Of a stretch of 64,000 nucleotides of DNA, positions 58,119-64,000 are shown piece after piece (position 1 is the stretch's first letter; each line of letters starts with the position of its first letter). The DNA lies in assembly GCA_028289815.1 (NCBI GenBank), contig JAPYNQ010000037.1, forward strand, positions 3,953 through 67,952. The letters are read 5' to 3'. The notes under the pieces were generated by a model. That model saw nothing but the letters and a program-made list of their open reading frames with translations. It searched no databases and was not told the origin of the DNA. Made by a program: the position numbers and the translations under genes. The DNA is from Gammaproteobacteria bacterium. Lineage in GTDB: Bacteria; Pseudomonadota; Gammaproteobacteria; JAJDYQ01.

Positions 58119-58532
58119 ATGGAATTTTCTTTAGCTGTGCGCGTCTATTACGAGGACACCGATGCCGGCGGCGTGGTGTATTACGCGAACTATCTGAAAT
58201 TTTTTGAGCGGGGGCGCACCGAGGCCCTGAGGGAGCTGGGTTTCGAGCAAAGCGGGCTAGGTGCTCAGCAGGATACGATTTTTGCTGTACGTGCGATTCA
58301 TGTGGAGTATTTGTTGCCAGCCCAGCTTGATGATACCTTGAGTGTGGTTACCCGTATCCGGCTACCCGGAAAAGCCAGTCTTGAGTTTGAGCAGCTTGTC
58401 GTCTTGGAAAATGGATATAAGATTTTGACGACGGCAACCGTGAAAGTTGTCTGCCTGCGGGCATCTACGCTAAAGCCCCGGGCAATACCCGAAGATATAT
58501 TGCAGGCCGTAGAGGTTTATAGTGCAGGCTGA
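58119..58532 (+). CDS. ybgC: Tol-Pal-associated acyl-CoA thioesterase YbgC
   Basis: Hotdog-fold N-terminus MEFSLAVRVYYEDTDAGGVVYYANYLKFFERGRTE. Directly upstream of tolQ. Confidence 0.85.
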   Translation: MEFSLAVRVYYEDTDAGGVVYYANYLKFFERGRTEALRELGFEQSGLGAQQDTIFAVRAIHVEYLLPAQLDDTLSVVTRIRLPGKASLEFEQLVVLENGYKILTTATVKVVCLRASTLKPRAIPEDILQAVEVYSAG

Positions 58533-59193
58533 TTTGTCTCTGTTGCATCTGGTGTCCAATGCGAGTTTGCTGGTACAGCTTGTGATGTTGTTATTACTAG
58601 CCATGTCCGTGGTTTCCTGGACCATGATTTTCAGGAAAAGGGGTGACCTGCGGACTGCTGTCAGGCAGGCTAATGTCTTTGAGAAGCAGTTCTGGGAAGA
58701 CGATGATCTGAACCTGCTGTACGAGAAAGTACACCGGCGCCGTTATCGGGCGACCGGACTGATCGGAATATTCGAGGCTGGATTTGGTGAATTTATCCGC
58801 CTGAAAGAGCGGGGACATCAGGCAGAGATGGCCATGGCGGGCACGGAACGTGCCATGCGTGTTGCACTGTCAAGGGAGATAGATGTCCTCGAAACCCACC
58901 TTTCGTTTTTGGCAACAGTTGGTTCTACCAGTCCTTATATCGGTCTGTTCGGCACGGTGTGGGGTATTATGAATTCATTTCGCTCGCTCGCCGGTATGCA
59001 CACGGCGACCCTCGCCAATGTTGCGCCGGGGATTGCCGAGGCTCTGATCGCGACAGCCATGGGGTTGTTTGCGGCGATTCCGGCTGTAGTTGCCTATAAT
59101 CGTTTTTCCAATGACGTCGAACGCCTGACCAACCGCTATCACACGTTTATGGAAGAGTTATCCACCCTGTTACAACGTCATGCGTCCAATTAG
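58522..59193 (+). CDS. tolQ: Tol-Pal system protein TolQ
   Basis: MotA/TolQ/ExbB 3-TM pattern, ...IGLFGTVWGIMNSF. Confidence 0.9.
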   Translation: MQADLSLLHLVSNASLLVQLVMLLLLAMSVVSWTMIFRKRGDLRTAVRQANVFEKQFWEDDDLNLLYEKVHRRRYRATGLIGIFEAGFGEFIRLKERGHQAEMAMAGTERAMRVALSREIDVLETHLSFLATVGSTSPYIGLFGTVWGIMNSFRSLAGMHTATLANVAPGIAEALIATAMGLFAAIPAVVAYNRFSNDVERLTNRYHTFMEELSTLLQRHASN

Positions 59194-59198
59194 ACACC

Positions 59199-59624
59199 AT
59201 GAGAATTCATCGGCATATTCGAAAGCGTCCTATTTCGGAAATTAATGTCGTCCCTTATATTGACGTGATGCTGGTGCTGTTGATTATTTTCATGGTGACT
59301 GCGCCACTGTTACAGCATGGCGTCGAGGTTGATCTGCCTGAGGCTGATTCGGTTGCTGTCAGTCATACGGATGGCGAACCGCTGGTTATTAACGTCAATA
59401 AGGCCGGAGAAATATTTTCTACGGCTGGCGAGGATCCTAGAAAACCAATCAGTATCGACAAATTGCGGGAGCAAGTCAAGGTTTTTCAGCGTGTTAATCC
59501 GATGTTGCCTATTTACGTCGGTGGCGACACAGATGCCGGTTACGGTGATGTGCTGTCGGTATTCGTGGTATTACAGGCAGTTGGTAAAGATAAAGTATTT
59601 CTTATGACTGAAAGCAAAAACTGA
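59199..59624 (+). CDS. tolR: Tol-Pal system protein TolR
   Basis: ISEINVVPYIDVMLVLLIIFMVTAPL, the ExbD/TolR signature. Confidence 0.9.
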   Translation: MRIHRHIRKRPISEINVVPYIDVMLVLLIIFMVTAPLLQHGVEVDLPEADSVAVSHTDGEPLVINVNKAGEIFSTAGEDPRKPISIDKLREQVKVFQRVNPMLPIYVGGDTDAGYGDVLSVFVVLQAVGKDKVFLMTESKN

Positions 59625-59655
59625 TAAGTCAGCAGTAATCAGATTATACGAATCC

Positions 59656-60513
59656 ATGAAGGAGTTGTTCTGGAAAATTTTTACCAACGTGCGCGCCATA
59701 GTGCTTGCTGTTATCGTGCATGTGATTGTTCTGGGAGTGCTTGTTGTCAATATGAACTGGATCAATATCAAGCCGGCGACGACTTCCGAGCCGACACCTG
59801 TAAAGGCACGGGTGGTGGAAAAAGACCGGATTGAGGAAGAGCTGGATCGCATGGCGGAAGATAAAAAGATCCAAGAGGAAGAGAAAAAACGACAGCAGCA
59901 AGCGCAGCGCAAGATGGAGGAAGAAAAGCGTCGCAAGCGGCAACAGGAGGAGAAAGTGGCGGCGGAGAAAAAACGCCAACAGGAGGAGAGTCGTAAACGC
60001 AGATTGGCTGAAGAAGTGGAGAAAAAGCGTAAGCAGGAGGAGGCCCGTAAACGCAGGCTGGCTGAGGAAGCTGAGAAGAAACGTAAGCAAAAGCTGGCTG
60101 AAGAAGCAGAGAAAAAAAGGCTTGTTGAGGAACGCAAGCGGTTGGCTTTGCTTGAAGAGCGGCGCCGGCAAAAGGCTATGGAAGAAGAGTTGCGGCAGGC
60201 TATGCATGACGAAGAAAACGAATCAAAGGCACGGGAACTTATCGCCCTGATTAAGGCGGATGTCCAGAATAACTGGAAAATACCACCTACATTCCGAAAA
60301 GGAATGGAATGTTTGCTGCTGGTTCGCCTGTTGCCGAGTGGTGAGGTGCAGAATGTACGGATTACCCGTTCCAGCGGTGACGCCGTGTTTGACCGGTCCG
60401 TGGAGGATGCGATTTATAAGGCATCGCCTTTGCCTGTATCGCTTTCCAGCGCGGGGGGTCGCTTGTTCCGAACGACTTTTCGTGAGTTTAATTTTTTGTT
60501 TAAGCCGGGCTAA
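59656..60513 (+). CDS. tolA: Tol-Pal system protein TolA (Lys/Glu/Arg-rich repetitive helical domain)
   Basis: N-terminal TM anchor, long EEKKRQQ/AEEAEKKRKQ repeats, then the C-terminal TolA III-like domain. The repeats create large antisense shadow ORFs. Confidence 0.8.
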   Translation: MKELFWKIFTNVRAIVLAVIVHVIVLGVLVVNMNWINIKPATTSEPTPVKARVVEKDRIEEELDRMAEDKKIQEEEKKRQQQAQRKMEEEKRRKRQQEEKVAAEKKRQQEESRKRRLAEEVEKKRKQEEARKRRLAEEAEKKRKQKLAEEAEKKRLVEERKRLALLEERRRQKAMEEELRQAMHDEENESKARELIALIKADVQNNWKIPPTFRKGMECLLLVRLLPSGEVQNVRITRSSGDAVFDRSVEDAIYKASPLPVSLSSAGGRLFRTTFREFNFLFKPG

Positions 60514-60580
60514 TTTATAGTGAAGCCCGATCTTAATCAGAGTTTCGGCAAGTCAGATTAATAAGGGGGATGTACCCAAG

Positions 60581-61879
60581 ATGAAAAAATTTATTGCCAT
60601 ATTGGTGTCGGGGATGTTGTTGATGGTCAGCTTTACATCCATTGCTTCGCGCTTGACCATTGAAATCACTCAGGGAGAGCAGACCACTACACCGGTTGCG
60701 ATTGTTCCATTTGGATGGCAGGGAACGGAGCTGGAACCGCCACATGACATCAGCCGGATTATTGAGGCGAACTTAAAGCGCAGCGGACGTTTTACCGCGC
60801 TCAATCGTCAGGATATGCTAACCCGACCGACCTCCGGGGCGGGTGTCAATTTCAGGAACTGGAGATTGCTCAATGTCGACTATCTGGTTGTCGGCAAGGT
60901 TCGGGAAACCGCACAGGATGAGTATGTGGTGCAGGTACAGCTGATTAACATCTTGAGTGAAAAGCAGCTTGTCGGTTTCAGCTATCCTGCAAACGGGAAA
61001 ATCCTTCGGCGTCTGGCTAATCACATCACGGACTTAATATACGAGAAGCTGACCGGTGAGCGTGGTACTTTTAATACCCGTATTGCCTACGTAACCTCAA
61101 CGGATGGCAAGGAACCAGCCTACCATTTATACGTTGCTGATGCGGATGGTTACAATGCCCAGTCGATTGTCAGATCCGCGGAACCGATCATGTCGCCGGC
61201 ATGGTCGCCTGATGGGCAAAGGCTGGCTTATGTTTCTTTCGAGAATCGGCGCTCGCGGATTTACATCCAGAGCATTCTGACGGGCCAGCGTGAGAGCATC
61301 AGCAGTTTCAAGGGTATTAACGGTGCACCTTCATGGTCGCCCGATGGCCGTAAACTGGCACTGACTCTGTCACATGAGGGTAACCCTGATATATACATTT
61401 TTGATATCAATGCCCGAAAATTCAGCCAATTGACGAACAGCGCAGCTATTGATACTGAACCAGAGTGGTCGCCGGATGGCAAGCATGTATTGTTTACCTC
61501 GGACCGCGGCGGTAAACCGCAGCTCTATAAAATTCCACTGTTCGGAGGGCAGGCTGTGCGCATAACCTATGAAGGTGATTACAATGCCGGGGGTGTATAT
61601 TCACCGGATGGCAGATATATTGCTATGGTGCATGGTCGTGATAAACGTTATCGTATTGCACTGCTTGAGGCGGATACGGGACGTTTGCAAATTCTGACAG
61701 ATGGTTTTTTGGACGAGGCCCCCAGTTTTGCTCCCAATGGCCGAATATTGCTATATGCTACCGCCGGGGGAAATAACGGTGTATTATCCGCCGTGTCGGT
61801 GGATGGACGATACCAGCAAAGGTTGGCTTCCCAGGATGGCGATGTGAGAGAACCCGCGTGGTCACCGTATAACCAGTAA
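60581..61879 (+). CDS. tolB: Tol-Pal system beta-propeller protein TolB
   Basis: Signal peptide, and repeated SPAWSPDG / APSWSPDG / EPEWSPDG WD-like blades. Confidence 0.95.
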   Translation: MKKFIAILVSGMLLMVSFTSIASRLTIEITQGEQTTTPVAIVPFGWQGTELEPPHDISRIIEANLKRSGRFTALNRQDMLTRPTSGAGVNFRNWRLLNVDYLVVGKVRETAQDEYVVQVQLINILSEKQLVGFSYPANGKILRRLANHITDLIYEKLTGERGTFNTRIAYVTSTDGKEPAYHLYVADADGYNAQSIVRSAEPIMSPAWSPDGQRLAYVSFENRRSRIYIQSILTGQRESISSFKGINGAPSWSPDGRKLALTLSHEGNPDIYIFDINARKFSQLTNSAAIDTEPEWSPDGKHVLFTSDRGGKPQLYKIPLFGGQAVRITYEGDYNAGGVYSPDGRYIAMVHGRDKRYRIALLEADTGRLQILTDGFLDEAPSFAPNGRILLYATAGGNNGVLSAVSVDGRYQQRLASQDGDVREPAWSPYNQ

Positions 61880-61899
61880 TTTTTATGCAAGGAGTAATT

Positions 61900-62442
61900 A
61901 TGAACTCACCAACTAATTATTTGACAATGTGTGTACTGGCGCTGATGCTCAGTGCTTGTGCGGGCTTTGGCAGCAGCAGGCAGGAAACTGCCAGCACTCA
62001 AGCCGATGAATCTCCCGCGGCATCTTCCGCGGATAGTGGCGATGCCGAAACCTCGGCGGTGGACATTCCCGGTCTCATCAATGGCGTGCGGATAGATCAG
62101 GAAAGCAGCCCTGAGAATGTCCGCACGGTCTATTTTGAGTACGACAGCAGCGAAGTCAGATCTGAATTTATCTCCATTATAGCAGCTCATGGCGAACTGT
62201 TGTCTGTGGATCGGGGCAGACGTGTGGTACTGGAGGGCCATGCGGACGAACGCGGTTCGCGTGAATACAATATTGCCTTGGGAGAGCGTCGCGCCCTGTC
62301 CGTCCGTCGCCTATTGCTCAGCAGCGGTGGGAGCAGTAGTCAGGTACAGGTCATCAGTTACGGTGAAGAGCGTCCCGCCGTGGTCGGCCAGAATGAGGCT
62401 GCTTGGTCACAGAACCGGCGAGTGAAAATACGTTATGAGTAA
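61900..62442 (+). CDS. pal: Peptidoglycan-associated lipoprotein Pal
   Basis: Lipobox LSACAG, and OmpA-like domain VYFEYDSSEVRSE...LEGHADERGSREYNIALGERRA. AAGGAGT RBS. Confidence 0.9.
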   Translation: MNSPTNYLTMCVLALMLSACAGFGSSRQETASTQADESPAASSADSGDAETSAVDIPGLINGVRIDQESSPENVRTVYFEYDSSEVRSEFISIIAAHGELLSVDRGRRVVLEGHADERGSREYNIALGERRALSVRRLLLSSGGSSSQVQVISYGEERPAVVGQNEAAWSQNRRVKIRYE

Positions 62443-62444
62443 GC

Positions 62445-63542
62445 ATGAATAATGCCGTTTTAGCGATTTTCATGGCGGTAGCATTGCTGTTGCCGGTTGC
62501 AGCTGGTGCGCAGTCGCAGATGCTGGAGCTGATGCAGCAGCTGACTCAGCTTGAAAACGAGATGCGCCAGTTAAGAGGTGAAGTCGAGAAATTATCATAT
62601 GAAAGCAACCGCCTCAGGACTCAGCAGAATGATCTGTACCTTGATATGGAGCAGAGAATCAGCACACTCGAGGCTGCCGGTTCCGCCAACAATCCGGTCA
62701 ATTTGCCGACCGTGGGTTCATTGTCGGTTCCCGCGCCGGCGGCAGGCATCGTAACTGCTGTGCCACAAACGGTACAGCCGGGAGTGCCAGCGGTGGGTTC
62801 GCCGGTGACTCCCGCGCCGGCGGCAGGCATCGTCGCTGCTGTGCCACAAACGGTACAGCCGGGAGTGCCAGCGGTGGGTTCGCCGGTGACTCCCGCGCCG
62901 GCGGCGGGCATCGTCGCTGCTGTGCCACAAACGGTACAGCCGGGAGTGCCAGCGGCGGGTTCACCGGTGATTTCCTCGTCTGCGACAGGCATCACGACTG
63001 CAATACCACAAACGGCACGACCAAGGGCACCGACTGTGGGTTCACCGGTGACTCCCGCAACGGCGGCGGGCATTACAACTGCTGTGCCGCAAACAATACA
63101 ACCGGTAGCGCCGATTCCGTCGGCAGGCGTTATCCCGACCATACCAGTGGACCCGGCCCGCGAACAGGCTGACTACAAAGCGGCTTTTGATTTGCTGAAG
63201 TCCGGTAAATATGATGAGGCTATCAGTTTATATACTGATTTTCTGCTTCGCTACCCTAGTGGCCGATATGCGGCAAATGCACAATATTGGCTCGGTGAGG
63301 CAAACTATGTGACACGCCGCTTCCCTCAGGCCCTTGGCGAATTTCAAAAGGTGGTTAAGAACTATCCCGACTCCAGAAAGCTGCCGGATGCCATGCTTAA
63401 AGTCGGTTATATTCATTATGAGCTACAGCAATTAGAACAGGCCCGCGAGATTTTGACCGGGCTAAAACAGCAATATCCGGGCACAACTGCCTCGCGTCTG
63501 GCTGACAATCGACTGCAGAGAATGAAGCTTGAAGGTCGATAA
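62445..63542 (+). CDS. cpoB: Cell division coordinator CpoB (YbgF): coiled-coil + repetitive linker + TPR domain
   Basis: Signal peptide, coiled coil (LELMQQLTQLENEMRQLRGEVEKL), and C-terminal TPR (YAANAQYWLGEANYVTRRFPQALGEFQKVVKNYPDS). Confidence 0.85.
   Translation: MNNAVLAIFMAVALLLPVAAGAQSQMLELMQQLTQLENEMRQLRGEVEKLSYESNRLRTQQNDLYLDMEQRISTLEAAGSANNPVNLPTVGSLSVPAPAAGIVTAVPQTVQPGVPAVGSPVTPAPAAGIVAAVPQTVQPGVPAVGSPVTPAPAAGIVAAVPQTVQPGVPAAGSPVISSSATGITTAIPQTARPRAPTVGSPVTPATAAGITTAVPQTIQPVAPIPSAGVIPTIPVDPAREQADYKAAFDLLKSGKYDEAISLYTDFLLRYPSGRYAANAQYWLGEANYVTRRFPQALGEFQKVVKNYPDSRKLPDAMLKVGYIHYELQQLEQAREILTGLKQQYPGTTASRLADNRLQRMKLEGR
62730..63134 (+). repeat. 81-bp (27-codon) tandem repeat, about 5 copies (3 near-identical, 2 diverged), inside cpoB
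   Basis: Unit cccgcgccggcggcaggcatcgt..ctgctgtgccacaaacggtacagccgggagtgccagcggtgggttcgccggtgact at 62730, 62811 and 62892, then two degenerate copies. It encodes PAPAAGIVAAVPQTVQPGVPAVGSPVT. Confidence 0.85.
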
Positions 63543-63579
63543 CAGGGGTACCCTCAGGCTGTCCCGTCTGCAATGCTCC

Positions 63580-64000
63580 ATGTTGTCTGCATCACTTAAG
63601 ATTACTGAAATTTTCTACTCGGTTCAGGGTGAGGCCAGAACAATGGGTTTGCCAACGGCTTTTATCCGCCTTACCGGTTGTCCGCTTCGTTGTCGATACT
63701 GTGACACCGAATATGCTTTTGCCGGTGGTAAGAAAATGAGCCTGGAGCAGATCATTGAGAAGGTAGAATCCTACCGTCCCCGTTATGTCTGCGTTACCGG
63801 TGGCGAGCCTCTGGTACAAAAGCACTGCCGGCAGCTGCTGGCCTGCTTGTGTGATGCAGGTTACGAGGTATCACTGGAAACAAGTGGCGCCATAGATATA
63901 GCGAATATTGACAAGCGGGTGTCAAGGATAATGGATATCAAGACACCGGATTCACTGGAGAGTAGCAGGAATCGGCTTAAGAATATCAACTTACTCAGTG
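63580..64000 (+). CDS. queE: 7-carboxy-7-deazaguanine synthase QueE (5' part; continues past the window end)
   Basis: ATG at 63580 gives MLSASLKITEIFYSVQGEARTMGLPTAFIRLTGCPLRCRYCDTEYAF... (radical-SAM CxxxCxxC and QueE N-terminal pattern). It was not called in the ORF track because no stop falls inside the window. Confidence 0.85.
   Translation, partial: MLSASLKITEIFYSVQGEARTMGLPTAFIRLTGCPLRCRYCDTEYAFAGGKKMSLEQIIEKVESYRPRYVCVTGGEPLVQKHCRQLLACLCDAGYEVSLETSGAIDIANIDKRVSRIMDIKTPDSLESSRNRLKNINLLS

Noticed and set aside
59571-60207. Two long antisense ORFs opposite tolA, and the 173-aa ORF opposite cpoB (62621-63142)
   Set aside because: These are artefacts of low-complexity coding repeats (EEKKRKQ in tolA; the 81-bp repeat in cpoB). 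The translations are repeat-driven Leu/Ser/Phe or Ala/Gly/Thr strings.
62730-63134. Checked whether the regular 81-bp repeats could be a CRISPR array
   Set aside because: Units are directly adjacent with no spacers. They are in frame inside cpoB and encode a Pro/Ala-rich linker. No cas genes are present in the window.

Overview
64-kb chromosomal segment that looks gammaproteobacterial and mid-GC. It is very likely from a chemolithoautotroph, because it carries a complete alpha-carboxysome (cso) locus with form IA RuBisCO: a disrupted csoS1D, then cbbL-cbbS-csoS2-csoSCA-csoS4A-csoS4B-csoS1, followed by acRAF-like, McdA-like ParA and McdB-like genes. To its left are a TRAP transporter operon on the minus strand plus an NMT1/THI5-like gene and a partial AAA ATPase; to its right is tRNA-Arg(CCG). 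Housekeeping blocks are: infC-rpmI-rplT-pheS-pheT-ihfA-merR-tRNA-Pro(GGG); ftsYEX; two M16 peptidases-rsmD-coaD-ferredoxin; ggt; mutM; a GldA/F/G-like ABC exporter; yebC-ruvC-ruvA-(DUF2157/GDYXXLXY pair)-ruvB; and ybgC-tolQRAB-pal-cpoB-queE. An ECF sigma/ChrR-type anti-sigma pair divergently faces a conserved photooxidative-stress-type cluster (two Cfa-family methyltransferases, a DUF1295-like protein, lipocalin, amine-oxidase-like oxidoreductase, DUF1365). The most notable element is an AT-richer, translationally coupled four-gene cassette at 33074-37927. It encodes a PAPS-reductase-family PP-loop protein, a GHKL ATPase and two proteins of unknown function. It sits between cfa and ftsX beside a 5'-truncated speB remnant, and is a candidate uncharacterised defence or DNA-modification-like system. 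Other signals are listed below. (1) A dnaX-type A_AAA_AAG slippery heptamer inside csoS2 (likely CsoS2A/B programmed frameshifting). (2) Disrupted csoS1D and Nudix genes. (3) A probable non-AUG infC start. (4) A palindromic divergent TGATCC-N16-CGTAT promoter pair. (5) An 81-bp coding tandem repeat in cpoB. (6) Several unusually long ORF-poor stretches. No CRISPR array, rRNA, transposase or integrase was seen.
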